DNA of 64,000 nt from Deferrisomatales bacterium (GTDB taxonomy: Bacteria > Desulfobacterota > Deferrisomatia > Deferrisomatales > JACRMM01), in assembly GCA_033551855.1 (NCBI GenBank), contig JAWSUI010000014.1, forward strand, positions 14,406 to 78,405, in the 5' to 3' direction. This document shows, piece after piece, positions 28,987 through 41,482 of the stretch. A program made the position numbers and the translations under genes. A model generated the notes under the pieces. The model made no database searches. It was not told where the DNA came from and saw nothing but the letters and a program-made list of their open reading frames with translations. How positions within the stretch are numbered: the first letter of the stretch is position 1; every line of letters begins with the position of its first letter.

Positions 28987-31389
28987 ATGCCCATCCGAAA
29001 GTCAGCCGTGCTGGGGGCCGGGGTCATGGGGAGCGCCATCGCGGCGCACCTGGCCAACGCCGGCATCCCGACTGTGCTCCTGGACATCGTACCCCGGGAG
29101 CCTACCGACGAGGAGAACAAGAAGGGACTCGACCTCAGCCACCCTCTCGTACGAAACCGGCTGGCCCGCGACGGCATCCAGAAGGCCCTCAAGGCGAGCC
29201 CTGCTGCCTTCGGCCACCGGGATCGGGCGGCCCTGGTGACCCCGGGCAATCTCGAGGACGACCTGCCGAGCCTCTCCGAGGTCGACTGGGTCGTGGAGGC
29301 GGTGGTGGAGCGCCTGGACATCAAGACCGCTCTGTTCGCCCGCCTGGTTCCCCACTTGAAACCCGGCTGCCTGCTTACCACCAACACGTCCGGGCTCTCG
29401 GTGAACGCCATGGCCGAGGCCCTGCCCGAACGCCTCCGGCCCCGATTCTTCGGCACCCATTTCTTCAACCCGCCCCGGTACATGCACCTCATGGAGCTCG
29501 TCCCGGCGTCCGGCACGGATCGGGCCGCTCTCGAGGCCTTCGCCCGTTTCGCCGAGGACCGCCTGGGCAAGGGGGTCGTGTACGCCAAGGACACCCCGAA
29601 CTTCATCGCGAACCGGGTGGGGGTCTTTTCCGTGCTCTACACCCTGCGGGCCATGGAAGACCACGGTCTCGCCGTGGAGCAGGTGGACGCCCTGACCGGG
29701 AAGGCCCTGGCCCGCCCCAAGTCCGCCACCTTCCGCACGGCGGACCTGGTGGGCCTCGACGTGCTGGCTCACGTGGCCCGCACGCAGTACGAAGGGGCCC
29801 CGGACGACGAGCGCCGCGACGTGTTCCGTCTTCCCCCGTGGCTCGACGCCATGGTGCAGAAGGGGCTCCTCGGCCAGAAGTCCGGCGGCGGCTTCTACAA
29901 GCGGGTGAAGCAGGGCGGGAAGAAGGAGACCCTCGCCATCGACCCCGCCACCGGGGAGTACCGACCCAAGGGCAAGGCCGACTTCCCCTCCCTGGCCGAG
30001 GCAAAAGGGGTAGAGGACCCGGGGCGGCGCGCGGCCAAGCTCCTGGGGGGAAAGGACGCCGGCGCACGGTTCGCCTGGGACGTCACCGCAGAGACCCTGC
30101 TGTACGCCGCCCGCCGCATCCCGTCCGTGGCGGGCGACGTGCCGTCCATCGACCGGGCCATGCGCTGGGGCTTCGGGTGGGAGATCGGCCCCTTCGAGCT
30201 CTGGGACGCCCTGGGGGTGAAGGCGTCGGTGGAGCGGATGACCGCAGAGGGCCGCGAGGTGCCCGAGGGGGTGGCGGCCCTGGCCGCGTCCCCCGAGCCC
30301 GCCTTCTACCTCCGGGAGGGTACCCGGACCCGGGTGTGGGACCCGGTGTCCAAAGCCCACGTTTCCATGGAAGAGCGGCCCCGGGTGGTGGCTCTCGCCG
30401 ACCTCAAGGCCGCGGGGCGCAAGCTCTTCTCGAACCCCGAGGCCACCCTGGTGGACCTGGGCGACGGTGTCGCGTGCCTGGAGTTCCACTCGAAGATGAA
30501 CGCCATCGGGGGCGGCATCCTCCAGGCCATCCAGAAGACCGTGGCGGAGGCCGGCTCCTCGTACCAGGCCCTGGTGATCGGAAACCAGGGGGAGAATTTC
30601 TCCGTGGGTGCCAACCTCATGCTGCTGCTCTTCGAGGCGCTCGAGGGCAACCTCCCGGAGGTCGATGCCATGGTGCGCGCCTTCCAGGAAGGGACCATGG
30701 CGCTCAAGTATGCGCCCGTCCCGGTGGTGGCAGCGCCCTTCGGGCGCGTCCTCGGAGGGGGCGCCGAGGTGTGTCTCCACGCCCACCGGGTCCAGGCGAG
30801 CCACGAGACCTACATGGGCCTCGTGGAGGTCGGCGTGGGGCTTCTGCCCGCAGGCGGGGGCACCAAGGAGTTGTTGCTCCGGGCGATGGCCCATGTCCCG
30901 ACCGGGACGGGTGCCGACCCCCTCCCCTGGGTCCGGAAGGCCTTCGAGGCCATCGGCATGGCCAAGGTCAGCCTCTCGGCCTGGGAGGCCTTCGACCTCG
31001 GCCTCCTCCGGGCGGGAGACTCGGTATCCATGAACCCCGAGCACCTGATCCTCGACGCGAAGCGCGCCGCCCTCGACCTCCTGGAGACGGGGTGGCAGCC
31101 CATGCAGCGGCCGGCGAAGGTCCCCGTCATGGGCCGCGACGGTCTGGCGAACATCCGGTCCATGCTCCACAACATGGTCCGGGGACGGCAGATCAGCGAG
31201 CACGACGCCCTGGTGGGGGAAAAGGTCGGCTGGGTCCTGTGCGGGGGCGAGGTGGACAACGGCACCGTGGTGGACGAGGACTACCTCTTGACCCTGGAGC
31301 GCCGAGCCTTCGTGGAGCTGTGCGGCCAGCGCAAGACCCTGGAGCGGATCCAGCACATCCTGAAGACGGGGAAGCCTTTGAGGAACTAG
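28987..31389 (+). CDS. fadN: 3-hydroxyacyl-CoA dehydrogenase / enoyl-CoA hydratase (FadN type)
   Basis: '[12 protein letters not shown]', 'HFFNPPRYM', 'PNFIANR', 'FSVGANL', C-terminal 'GKPLRN'. Confidence 0.93.
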   Translation: MPIRKSAVLGAGVMGSAIAAHLANAGIPTVLLDIVPREPTDEENKKGLDLSHPLVRNRLARDGIQKALKASPAAFGHRDRAALVTPGNLEDDLPSLSEVDWVVEAVVERLDIKTALFARLVPHLKPGCLLTTNTSGLSVNAMAEALPERLRPRFFGTHFFNPPRYMHLMELVPASGTDRAALEAFARFAEDRLGKGVVYAKDTPNFIANRVGVFSVLYTLRAMEDHGLAVEQVDALTGKALARPKSATFRTADLVGLDVLAHVARTQYEGAPDDERRDVFRLPPWLDAMVQKGLLGQKSGGGFYKRVKQGGKKETLAIDPATGEYRPKGKADFPSLAEAKGVEDPGRRAAKLLGGKDAGARFAWDVTAETLLYAARRIPSVAGDVPSIDRAMRWGFGWEIGPFELWDALGVKASVERMTAEGREVPEGVAALAASPEPAFYLREGTRTRVWDPVSKAHVSMEERPRVVALADLKAAGRKLFSNPEATLVDLGDGVACLEFHSKMNAIGGGILQAIQKTVAEAGSSYQALVIGNQGENFSVGANLMLLLFEALEGNLPEVDAMVRAFQEGTMALKYAPVPVVAAPFGRVLGGGAEVCLHAHRVQASHETYMGLVEVGVGLLPAGGGTKELLLRAMAHVPTGTGADPLPWVRKAFEAIGMAKVSLSAWEAFDLGLLRAGDSVSMNPEHLILDAKRAALDLLETGWQPMQRPAKVPVMGRDGLANIRSMLHNMVRGRQISEHDALVGEKVGWVLCGGEVDNGTVVDEDYLLTLERRAFVELCGQRKTLERIQHILKTGKPLRN

Positions 31390-31392
31390 CCC

Positions 31393-31450
31393 GTTGCACG
31401 TTGCGGGTTGCCGGTCGGGTTGCCTCCGACGAGCAACGTGCAACGAGCAC
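31393..31450. repeat. Heptamer-repeat inverted hairpin, copy 1
   Basis: GTTGCAC GTTGCGG GTTGCCG ... GCAACGT GCAACGA GCAC in the fadN-fadA spacer. Confidence 0.65.
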
Positions 31451-31486
31451 CGCGCACTGCCGGACCAGTCTCCCAAGGAGATCTCC

Positions 31487-32668
<1,182 letters not shown>

Positions 32669-32678
32669 CACTTGGCTC

Positions 32679-32742
32679 GTTGCGGGTTGCACGTTGCGCG
32701 TCGGAAGAATCTCAACCCGGAACAGGCAAATCGCGACGCGCA
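32679..32742. repeat. Heptamer-repeat inverted hairpin, copy 2 (degenerate)
   Basis: GTTGCGG GTTGCAC GTTGCGC ... CAACCCG GAACAGG CAAATCG CGACGCG in the fadA-fadE spacer. Confidence 0.55.
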
Positions 32743-32761
32743 CTTCCTTAAGGAGGAAACC

Positions 32762-34534
32762 ATGTCCGAGACGGCCTACGTGAGGGGCGGCAGCTTCCTC
32801 GTCCGGGAATCTCAACCCGACGACATCTTCACCCCGGAGGACTTCACCTCCGAGCAGCTCCAGTTCGCCAAGACCGCGCGGGACTTCATCGAGAACGACG
32901 TCCTGCCCGTCTCGGACCGCCTCGAGGCCAAGGAACCCGGCCTGAGCGAGGCTCTCATGCGCAAGGCCGGGGAGCTCGGCCTCCTCATGGCGGACGTCCC
33001 GGAGGAGTACGGCGGACTCGGCCTCGACAAGGCCTCGAGCGCCCTCATCACCGAGAACATCTCGGGCCAGGGGTCCTTCTCGGTCACGTACGGGGCCCAC
33101 GTGGGCATCGGCACCCTGCCGCTGGTCTACTACGGGAGCCCCGAGGTCAAGCGAGAGTTCCTGCCGGGTCTCGCCGACGGCTCCCGCATCGGGTGCTACT
33201 GCCTCACGGAGCCCACCTCGGGCTCCGACGCCCTCTCCATCCGCACCAAGGCCGTGCTGTCCGAGGACGAGACCCACTACGTGCTCAACGGCACCAAGAT
33301 GTGGATCACCAACGGCGGCTCCGCCCAGGTCTTCACGGTCTTCGCCAAGGTCGACGGCGAGCTCTTCACGGGCTTCGTCATGGGCAGGGACACCCCCGGC
33401 CTGAGCGTGGGCCCCGAGGAGCACAAGCTCGGGATCGTCGGCTCCTCCACCACCACGGTCGTCCTCGAGGACACCCGGGTGCCCGTGGGCAACGTCCTCG
33501 GCGAGGTGGGAAAGGGCCACAAGATCGCTTTCAACATCCTCAACATCGGCCGCTTCAAGCTCGGCGCCGGGTGCGTCGGAAGCTGCAAGCGGGCTCTGGC
33601 ACACGCCCTGGCCTACGCCCTCGAGCGCAGGCAGTTCGGCAAGCGGCTCGCGGAGCTCGGGCTCATCCGGGAAAAACTGGCCCGCATGGCCGTGCGCACC
33701 TACGCCGCCGAGTCGGCCGTGTACCGGACCGTCGGCCTCATCGACCACATCCTCCGGAGCGGCGAGGCCCACGGGGAGGCGGCGCTGCAGTCCATCGAGG
33801 AGTACAGCGTGGAGTGCGCCCTCGTGAAGCTCCTGGGCAGCGAGGCGCTCGACTTCGTGGTGGACGAGACCCTGCAGATCTACGGCGGCTACGGCTACTC
33901 CAGCGAGTACCCTGCCGAGCGCTACTACCGCGACAGCCGCATCAATCGCATCTTCGAGGGGACCAACGAGATCAACCGGCTCCTGGTGCCGGGGATGCTC
34001 CTCCGCAAGGCCATGAAGGGCGAGATCCCCCTCTTCGCCGCCGCCAAGGCCCTCCAGGAGGAGCTCCTGGGCATCCCGAGCTTCGACCTGGACGCCGAGG
34101 CCGGGCTGCTGGACCCGGAGAAGAAGATCGTCGCGAACCTCAAGAAGATCTTCCTCCTCGTCGCAGGCGTAGCGGCCCAGAAGTACGGGAAGGACCTGGC
34201 CGAGCAGCAGCCGGTCCTGGCCCGGCTGGCGGACCTGGCCCTGGCCGCCTTCACCGCCGAGTCCACCCTGCTCCGGGCCCTCAAGGATGCAGGACGGCGC
34301 GGCGAAGAGGCCGCCGCCTTCCCGGTCGCGGCGGCCCGGATCACCTGCGAGGAGGCCGTCTCACAGGCGGAAAGTCTGGCCCGCGAGGGGCTGGCCGCCA
34401 TGGAGGCCGGCGACACCCTGAACACCATGCTCGCCGCCCTGCGGCGCCTCTTGCGCCGCACCCCGGCCGACACCGTGGCCCTGCGGGAGCAGATTGCAAC
34501 CAGGCTGGTGGAGATGGAGCGCCTCGTGTACTGA
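32762..34534 (+). CDS. fadE: Acyl-CoA dehydrogenase (FadE/YusJ type)
   Basis: 'GGSFL' start, 'CLTEPTSGSDA', 'NGTKMWITN', 'RINRIFEGTNEINR'. Confidence 0.95.
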   Translation: MSETAYVRGGSFLVRESQPDDIFTPEDFTSEQLQFAKTARDFIENDVLPVSDRLEAKEPGLSEALMRKAGELGLLMADVPEEYGGLGLDKASSALITENISGQGSFSVTYGAHVGIGTLPLVYYGSPEVKREFLPGLADGSRIGCYCLTEPTSGSDALSIRTKAVLSEDETHYVLNGTKMWITNGGSAQVFTVFAKVDGELFTGFVMGRDTPGLSVGPEEHKLGIVGSSTTTVVLEDTRVPVGNVLGEVGKGHKIAFNILNIGRFKLGAGCVGSCKRALAHALAYALERRQFGKRLAELGLIREKLARMAVRTYAAESAVYRTVGLIDHILRSGEAHGEAALQSIEEYSVECALVKLLGSEALDFVVDETLQIYGGYGYSSEYPAERYYRDSRINRIFEGTNEINRLLVPGMLLRKAMKGEIPLFAAAKALQEELLGIPSFDLDAEAGLLDPEKKIVANLKKIFLLVAGVAAQKYGKDLAEQQPVLARLADLALAAFTAESTLLRALKDAGRRGEEAAAFPVAAARITCEEAVSQAESLAREGLAAMEAGDTLNTMLAALRRLLRRTPADTVALREQIATRLVEMERLVY

Positions 34535-34690
34535 TCCAGGCCCCCTGCGGGCGGCAGCTGGTCTCGCCCCACCGGAACACAGTTGCGCCGGGTCGGTTCT
34601 TCTTGGCGGAACCCGCGGGGCGGACGCCACATACAAGGAGCCTCCGAGGAACTTCTTACAGGGCAGCGGGAGAAACAGCTTTTGATTCCA

Positions 34691-34719
34691 TTGACACGGG
34701 AGGGGGCTCCCCATATCTT
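34691..34719 (+). promoter_or_regulatory. sigma70 promoter for the lipase-DUF1302-DUF1329-YCF48-RND cassette
   Basis: TTGACA-17-TATCTT; palindrome GCAAGCTTGC about 25 nt downstream. Confidence 0.7.
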
Positions 34720-34849
34720 CACGCGCGAACACGTGAACCCGCGCGCAAGCTTGCTCACAGTGTTGAACCATTCCATCTCCACATGAGGAGCGGAAGCTCG
34801 AAGTAGCGCACCCGGGGTCAACCTACAGCGACGCAGCAGAGGAGGACTC

Positions 34850-36940
34850 ATGAGACGCAAGCCGTGGCGCATCCACCTGCTGGCAGCACTGGCCCTTGCA
34901 CTCGCGGCCCTGCTCCTCGGTTGCGGGTCGGACACACTCCCGGGGTTAAACAGGGATTTCGAGGAAGACCCGACGTCGGCAGGGCACCCGGCGGCTCGTG
35001 GGTTCGTCGCCAATTTCGACCTGACGGGAGGCATCGTGCCCTCCGCCAACAATCTGCTCTTCAGCGGGTCCCAGGACGGCACCCTCAACATCCCCATCCC
35101 CGAAGGGGACCCGGCTGCCGCGCTCAAGGCGACCCTCAACGCCCTGGACGGGTTCTCCACGAACGTCCCCGTCACCACGACCTTCAGCGAGGCCGTCGAC
35201 CCGGCGAGCCTGACCCCGTCCACCGTGCGGGTCTTCGAGGTCGCCCTGGCCGGCATCGCCGGGGCCGTCACCGGCATCACCCGCGAGTTGGCCTTCGGCG
35301 TCGAGTTCGTCGCCGCCCCCTCCTCCGTGGACCTCACCGGGCGGACCCTGGCGGTGGTTCCCCTGCAGCCGCTCAAACCCAAGACCAGTTATCTGGTTGC
35401 CCTGACCAACGGCATTCGGAGCACCGACGGCCGGTCGGCGATGGCGGCCGATCACTACCTGACGGCGAAGACCGTGCCCCACGACCTCACCGGGTCGCCG
35501 GCGGGCGCCCTGGAGCCGGTGCGCCGTCTGGTGCAGGCCCAGGAGGCGGCGCTGGCAGCGTTCGGCGTGGACCCGGCCCCGGTGGTGCTCAGCTGGACCC
35601 TCACCACCCAGTCGGTGGGCGACGTGCTGGCCCGCGTCCGGCAACTGGCGGAGGGCGCCGTGGCCGTCGCGCCGGGGCCCGCGGCCACGACGGGCGCCCT
35701 GGTTCCGGGCAGCCCCGATGCCGCGCTAATCTATGTTGGGACCCTGACCGCCCCGTACTACCTCGGCGTGCCGTCGCCGGAGGCCCCCACCGCCCCGCTG
35801 ACCCGCTTCTGGCTCCCCTCCGCGCCCGACTTCGGCGAGCACCTGACCGGCCTGAACGCCGCGGTGGGGCCCGAGAAGGTGGCGGATCAGACCATGCCGC
35901 TCCTCCTGACGATCCCCCGCTCGGACAAGCCGCAGGGGGGGTGGCCGGTGGTCGTCTTCCAGCACGGGATCACGAGCAACCGAACCGCCTTGCTCGGCAT
36001 CGCCGACGCCCTGGCACTGGCGGGCTTTGCCGCGGTGGCCGTCGACCTGCCGCTGCACGGGCTACCGGCGGGGCACCCATTGCGTCTTCCCGGGGTGGCG
36101 GAACGAACGTTCGACCTGGACCTGGTCAACAACGAGACGGGGGCACCGGGACCCGATGGTGTGCCCGACGATTCCGGCACGCACTTCATCAACCTCTCGA
36201 GTCTCTTGACGATGCGCGACAACCTGCGCCAGGGCGTCGCAGATCTCTTCGCCCTCACCCAAGCCCTGGAGACCCTCGACTACGACGGCGGCGGGGCGGA
36301 CCTCGACCCGTCCGAGGCCTACTTCCTGGGCCATTCCCTGGGAGCCATCGTGGGCACCCCCCTGCTCGCACTCGAACCCGGGCTCCGAGCCGCCGTCCTG
36401 GGGATGGCCGGCGGCGGCATCGCGAAGCTCCTGGACGGCTCCGCCACCATCGGGCCGAGGCTCGCGGCGGGGCTGGCCGCCAACGGAATCCTCAAGGGGA
36501 CGGCCGATTACGAGAGCTTCTTCGGGGTGGCGCAGACGGCCTTGGACCCGGCGGACCCCCTGAACTACGCGACCTCCGCCGTCACGGGCCGCGGTGTGCT
36601 CCTCTACGAGGTGCTGGGGGATCTCGTGGTCCCGAACAACGTCCTCCCCAGCAATCCGGTGCTGGCTCCCGGCACGGTTCCCGCGGTCCTGGCCGGCACG
36701 GAGCCCCTGATCCGCGCCATGAGCCTGGCGCAGGTGAGCGAGACCACACCGGCCGAAGGTCTGAGCCCGGCTCCCCTGCGCGCCTGGGTCGGCTTCACCG
36801 CCGGGGACCACGCCTCCCTGCTGAGCCCGGCGGCCAGCCTGGCCGCCACCCAGGTGATGCAGGCGGCGGCGGCCACCTTCCTCGCCACGGACGGCGGCCG
36901 CATCGTGATCGCCGATGAGACGGTGGTCCTGGGACCCTGA
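34850..36940 (+). CDS. Lipoprotein alpha/beta-hydrolase lipase (Pla-1/cef-like) with Ig-like N-terminal region
   Basis: Lipobox 'LLGC'; 'LNALDGFST'; 'FQHGIT'; 'DLPLHG'; 'RDNLRQ'; nucleophile elbow GHSLG; 'GDHASLL'. Confidence 0.85.
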   Translation: MRRKPWRIHLLAALALALAALLLGCGSDTLPGLNRDFEEDPTSAGHPAARGFVANFDLTGGIVPSANNLLFSGSQDGTLNIPIPEGDPAAALKATLNALDGFSTNVPVTTTFSEAVDPASLTPSTVRVFEVALAGIAGAVTGITRELAFGVEFVAAPSSVDLTGRTLAVVPLQPLKPKTSYLVALTNGIRSTDGRSAMAADHYLTAKTVPHDLTGSPAGALEPVRRLVQAQEAALAAFGVDPAPVVLSWTLTTQSVGDVLARVRQLAEGAVAVAPGPAATTGALVPGSPDAALIYVGTLTAPYYLGVPSPEAPTAPLTRFWLPSAPDFGEHLTGLNAAVGPEKVADQTMPLLLTIPRSDKPQGGWPVVVFQHGITSNRTALLGIADALALAGFAAVAVDLPLHGLPAGHPLRLPGVAERTFDLDLVNNETGAPGPDGVPDDSGTHFINLSSLLTMRDNLRQGVADLFALTQALETLDYDGGGADLDPSEAYFLGHSLGAIVGTPLLALEPGLRAAVLGMAGGGIAKLLDGSATIGPRLAAGLAANGILKGTADYESFFGVAQTALDPADPLNYATSAVTGRGVLLYEVLGDLVVPNNVLPSNPVLAPGTVPAVLAGTEPLIRAMSLAQVSETTPAEGLSPAPLRAWVGFTAGDHASLLSPAASLAATQVMQAAAATFLATDGGRIVIADETVVLGP

Positions 36941-37102
36941 GGAAGGGCCGAGAATGCGGCCGGGAGGGAGATACCGGGGCCGGGGGGCGTGCTCGGCGCA
37001 CCCGAGACAGCGCCGCCGGACACCTGCAAGGCCTCCCGTCCCGCCCGGCCGGTGGTCCCGTCGCGAAACCTTCACAACTCTCTCACGCCACGGGGAGCTC
37101 CC

Positions 37103-39115
37103 ATGAAAAAGACGGCGCACGAGATCGCACGCCAGCGCGTACCGGCCCGGGGTCTGGTGGCCCTCGCCGCATCCCTGCTGCTCCTCCTGCCCACGGCTGG
37201 CGGGGCCTTCCAGCTGTACGACGGGGACTACTTCCAGGTCCGACTGGACACGACCCTCTCCTACGGCGTGATGTGGCGGGTCCAGAAGCGGGACAAGGAC
37301 CTCATCGGAATCGAAAACGGGGGGAGGGCCTTCTCCCTCAATGGGGACGACGGCAACCTGAACTACGACCGCGGCGTCGTGAGCAATCTCGGCCGGATCA
37401 CCTCGGAGCTCGAGATCCGAGGGCGGGACGTCGGTGCCTTCTTCCGGGGAACCGCCTTCTACGACTATGAGAACATGCGGCGGGACCGAGCCCGCACGAG
37501 CCTCTCGGACGATGCCAAGGAGCTCGTGGGCAAGGACATCGACCTGCTGGATGCCTACGTCTGGGGCAGGGTGAACCTCGGAACCCGACCGGCCCAACTC
37601 CGCGTGGGCGAACAGGTGGTGAGCTGGGGCGAGAGCACCTTCATCCAGAACAGCATCAACGTGCTGAACCCGATCAACGTGGCCGCCCTCCGGCAGCCCG
37701 GTTCCGAGCTGAAGGAGGCCCTCGTGCCGGAGGGCATGGTCTGGGGCTCCCTGGGCCTGAGCCGCAACCTGAGCCTCGAGGCCGTGTACCTCTACGACTG
37801 GGAGCCGGTGGAGATCGACCCGGTCGGCTCCTACTTCAGCACCTCCGACATCGTGGGCGCCGGCGGCAAGAAGGTGATGCTCGGCTTCGGGGCCTTTGCG
37901 GACGGCGGCAACGCCGAAGCGGCGGACGTGTTCCAGGCCGTGCCCCGGGGCTCGACCCGCGACGCCAGGGACCAGGGCCAGTACGGCGCAGCCCTTCGGG
38001 TGTTCGCCCCGGGGCTCAACGACACCGAATTCGGGTTCTTCTACATCAACTACCACAGCCGCCTGCCGGTGATCAGCTCCCGTACGGGCACCCTGGCCGG
38101 GGTGGCCGGTGCTGGCGCCATCGGGTCCACCTCCGGACCCCTCGTGGCGCAGACCGTCGGGGCGCAGCTGGTCGGCGGCGCGACGCCGGAAGCGGCCGTG
38201 GAGGCCGGGATCGCCGCCGGTACGGGGGCGGGAATGACGCAGGACCAGGCGGCGTTCGTGGCAGGCGTCACCGCCAATCAGATCGAGGGGTTCACCGTCC
38301 CGGCGGCGATATCGGCCGCCGCCACCGACGCCTATGCCAAGACCGCCCACTACTTCACGGAGTACCCGGAGGACATCAAGCTCTTCGGCGTCAGCTTCAA
38401 CACCCTTCTCCGGAACACGGGGATCGCCCTCCAGGGCGAGATCTCCCACCGCCGGGACGTGCCGCTCCAGGTGGACGACCTGGAACTCCTCTTCGCCACC
38501 CTCGGCACCCTCAACGCGGACCTCGCCGACAAGAACCAGCTCGAGAACACGTACATGAAGCTGGAGCACGAGCTCTCGGGCTACATCCTGCGCAACATGA
38601 CCCAGGTCCAGGTCACGGGCACCAAGGTCTTCGGGCCGGGTTTTCTGTGGACCGACCAGTCCGTGCTGCTGGGAGAAGTCGGCTACACGCGGGTCCACAA
38701 CATGCCCGACAAGAGCGACCTGCGGCTCGAGGCGCCCGGCACCTTCATCAGCGGCAACGAGGATCTGGCCTACACCCACGGCAAGTATGCCGCGGGCCTG
38801 GTCGAGCCGGCCTCGGCCTTCGCCGACGCCAACTCCTGGGGTTACCGACTCGTCTATCGGCTGGACTTCAACAACGCGGTGGGCGCGGTCAACCTCTCGC
38901 CCCGCGTGGCCTGGGCCCACGACGTGAGAGGGAACACCCCGGGGCCGGGGGGGAACTTCCTGGAGGGACGCCGGGCGGCGACCCTGGGCATCGGCGCCAC
39001 GTACCAGAGCTCCTGGTCCGGGGACCTGAGCTACACGAACTTCTTCGGGGCCGGGCGGCAGAACCTCATCAACGACCGCGACTTCGTCGCGCTCAACATC
39101 AAGTACTCGTTCTGA
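37103..39115 (+). CDS. DUF1302-family outer-membrane beta-barrel protein
   Basis: Signal peptide; 'DTTLSYG', 'NGDDGNLNY', 'GEQVVSWGES', 'YHSRLP', 'DRDF'; C-terminal 'KYSF'. Confidence 0.9.
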   Translation: MKKTAHEIARQRVPARGLVALAASLLLLLPTAGGAFQLYDGDYFQVRLDTTLSYGVMWRVQKRDKDLIGIENGGRAFSLNGDDGNLNYDRGVVSNLGRITSELEIRGRDVGAFFRGTAFYDYENMRRDRARTSLSDDAKELVGKDIDLLDAYVWGRVNLGTRPAQLRVGEQVVSWGESTFIQNSINVLNPINVAALRQPGSELKEALVPEGMVWGSLGLSRNLSLEAVYLYDWEPVEIDPVGSYFSTSDIVGAGGKKVMLGFGAFADGGNAEAADVFQAVPRGSTRDARDQGQYGAALRVFAPGLNDTEFGFFYINYHSRLPVISSRTGTLAGVAGAGAIGSTSGPLVAQTVGAQLVGGATPEAAVEAGIAAGTGAGMTQDQAAFVAGVTANQIEGFTVPAAISAAATDAYAKTAHYFTEYPEDIKLFGVSFNTLLRNTGIALQGEISHRRDVPLQVDDLELLFATLGTLNADLADKNQLENTYMKLEHELSGYILRNMTQVQVTGTKVFGPGFLWTDQSVLLGEVGYTRVHNMPDKSDLRLEAPGTFISGNEDLAYTHGKYAAGLVEPASAFADANSWGYRLVYRLDFNNAVGAVNLSPRVAWAHDVRGNTPGPGGNFLEGRRAATLGIGATYQSSWSGDLSYTNFFGAGRQNLINDRDFVALNIKYSF

Positions 39116-39125
39116 GAGACGGGAG

Positions 39126-40502
39126 ATGATCGCCATGTGCACGAAGGCAATCGCGATGAGCATCGGCGCCCTGTGCCTCGCCCTCACGGTGACGGCAGGC
39201 GCGGCGTGGGCAAAGGCCACCTCGGAAGAGATCGCCCGCCTCGGCGCCGACCTCACCCCCTTGGGAGCAGAGAAGGCCGGCAACCAGGACGGGACCATCC
39301 CCCCCTGGGAAGGCGGCATCACGGTGCCGCCCTCCGGCTACAAGCCGGGCATGCACCACCCGGACCCCTACCCGGACGACGAGATCCTGTTCACGATCAC
39401 GGCCGCCAACATGGATCAGTACGCGGACAGGCTCGCGGCCGGGCACCAGGCCATGCTCCAGGCCTACGATTCGTTCAGGCTCCACGTGTACCCCACCCGC
39501 AGGAGCGCCTCGGCGCCTCAGCGCATCTACGACATGACGCGCCGGATCGCGGCCACGGCCGAGCTCGTCGACGGCGGAAACGGCGTCACGGGGGCGGTGA
39601 ACGGGATCCCCTTCCCCATCCCCAGGACCGGGATCGAGGTCATCTGGAACCATCTCCTGCGGTACCGGGGCGACACCGTGGCGCGCTACGTCGCCCAGGC
39701 CGCGCCGACCCGCGGAGGGTCCTACACGCTGGTGCGGTTCGAAGACGAGTCGATGATCGTGTACAGCCACGAGGGGATGACCGAGGAGTCCCTCCAGAAC
39801 AAGATCCTCTACTTCAAGCAGATCGTCACCGCCCCGGCGCGGCTCGCGGGGGACATGCTCCTCGTCCACGAGACCTTGGACCAGGTCAAGGAGCCCCGCA
39901 GCGCCTGGATCTACAACCCCGGCCAGCGCCGCGTGCGCCGGGCGCCGAACGTCGCCTACGACAACCCGGGAACGGCCTCCGACGGCATGCGCACCACCGA
40001 CCAGTTCGACATGTTCAGCGGCGCCACGGACCGGTACGACTGGGAGCTGGTCGGCAAGCGGGAGATCTACGTCCCCTACAACTCCTACAAGCTCCACAGC
40101 GACCAGCTCAGGTACAGGGACATCCTGACGCCCCTCCACGTCAACCCGGAGCACCTGCGCTACGAGCTCCACCGGGTGTGGGTGGTGGAGGCCAAGGTGA
40201 AGGAAGGCTCCCGCCACATCTACAAGCGCCGCACGTTCTACGTGGACGAGGACAGCTGGCAGATCCTGCTGGCGGACCAGTACGACAACCGCGACCAGCT
40301 CTGGCGGGTTTCCGAGGGCCACGTCATCAACTACTACGACCTGCCGGCCCTGTGGACGACCCTGGAAGTCCACACCGACCTGCAGGCCGGGCGCTACCTG
40401 GCCATCGGCCTCGACAACGAGAGCCGCATGTACGACACCACCATCCGGCGGACCCTGGAGGACTACACGCCGGCGGCCCTGCGGGCGGAGGGCACCCGCT
40501 GA
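39126..40502 (+). CDS. DUF1329-family periplasmic protein (LolA-like lipid-carrier fold suggested)
   Basis: 'LTPLGAEKAGN.DGTIP.W.GG', 'PFPIP', 'YNPGQRRVRRAP', 'RYELHRVWVVEA', 'YVDEDSW'. Confidence 0.92.
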   Translation: MIAMCTKAIAMSIGALCLALTVTAGAAWAKATSEEIARLGADLTPLGAEKAGNQDGTIPPWEGGITVPPSGYKPGMHHPDPYPDDEILFTITAANMDQYADRLAAGHQAMLQAYDSFRLHVYPTRRSASAPQRIYDMTRRIAATAELVDGGNGVTGAVNGIPFPIPRTGIEVIWNHLLRYRGDTVARYVAQAAPTRGGSYTLVRFEDESMIVYSHEGMTEESLQNKILYFKQIVTAPARLAGDMLLVHETLDQVKEPRSAWIYNPGQRRVRRAPNVAYDNPGTASDGMRTTDQFDMFSGATDRYDWELVGKREIYVPYNSYKLHSDQLRYRDILTPLHVNPEHLRYELHRVWVVEAKVKEGSRHIYKRRTFYVDEDSWQILLADQYDNRDQLWRVSEGHVINYYDLPALWTTLEVHTDLQAGRYLAIGLDNESRMYDTTIRRTLEDYTPAALRAEGTR

Positions 40503-40525
40503 GGCTCGCGGCTGCGCCGGCATCG

Positions 40526-41482
40526 ATGCAGGGGCGAGCCCTCACCTTGGCCGTCGTCGGAGGATGGGCCGCGCTGTGCCTCGTCGCCGGATCTGCCTCC
40601 GCGGGCACCCCGGCCTCCCCGCGCCCGTCCGTCCCGGCCCGACTGGCTGCCCAGTCCCTCCTCCTGGACGTGTCGAGCTCCGGGGAGCTCCTTGCGGCCG
40701 TGGGAAAGCGGGGGCACATCCTCCTGTCCCGGGACGGGGGCCGCTCGTGGTTGCAGGCAGACGTACCGGTGCAGGCCCTCCTGACCGGAATCCACCTCCT
40801 CGACGACCAGTCCGGGTGGGCCGTTGGCCACGACGGGGTCCTCCTGCATACCGCCGACGGGGGCCGGACGTGGGAGCTCCGACGGTGGGCCCCGGAAGAG
40901 GAGAAGCCCCTGCTGGACGTGTGGTTCCAGGACCAGGAACGGGGCTTCGCCGTGGGCGCCTACGGCCTCCTCCTCATGACGACCGACGGCGGTGCGACGT
41001 GGTCTGAACAGCCGGTCGCGGACGACGAGTGGCACCTCAACCACGTGGCGGGATCCAGTACGGGGCGGATCTACGTCGCCGCCGAGGCAGGGCACATCTT
41101 CCGTTCGGACGACGGGGGGGAAACCTGGCGACCGCTGCCCTCCCCCTATGAGGGTTCTTTTTTCGGAACCCTGCCCCTCGAGGGCGACGAGTTACTCCTG
41201 TTTGGCTTACGGGGCCACCTCTTCCGCTCCCCGGACGCGGGGGAGTCCTGGGAGGAGGTCGAGAGCGGCACGGAGGCGAGCCTGACCTCCGGCCTGCTGC
41301 TCCGGGACGGTAGCGTTCGGGTCGCCGGCCTCGAGGGAATCGTGCTCGAGGGCCCCGACGGCGCCCCCCCCTTCACCCTCCGCCGGCACGAGGACCGCAA
41401 GGGCATCTCGGCCCTGGCGGAAGCCCCCGACGGCAGTGTGATTGCCGTGGGGGAGCTCGGGGTGCGGATCCTCGAGCGGTAG
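40526..41482 (+). CDS. YCF48/BNR-repeat beta-propeller protein
   Basis: Signal peptide; repeated Asp-box 'S/T.DGG.SW/TW'; 'WAVGHDGVLL'; 'YEGSFFG'. Confidence 0.9.
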   Translation: MQGRALTLAVVGGWAALCLVAGSASAGTPASPRPSVPARLAAQSLLLDVSSSGELLAAVGKRGHILLSRDGGRSWLQADVPVQALLTGIHLLDDQSGWAVGHDGVLLHTADGGRTWELRRWAPEEEKPLLDVWFQDQERGFAVGAYGLLLMTTDGGATWSEQPVADDEWHLNHVAGSSTGRIYVAAEAGHIFRSDDGGETWRPLPSPYEGSFFGTLPLEGDELLLFGLRGHLFRSPDAGESWEEVESGTEASLTSGLLLRDGSVRVAGLEGIVLEGPDGAPPFTLRRHEDRKGISALAEAPDGSVIAVGELGVRILER

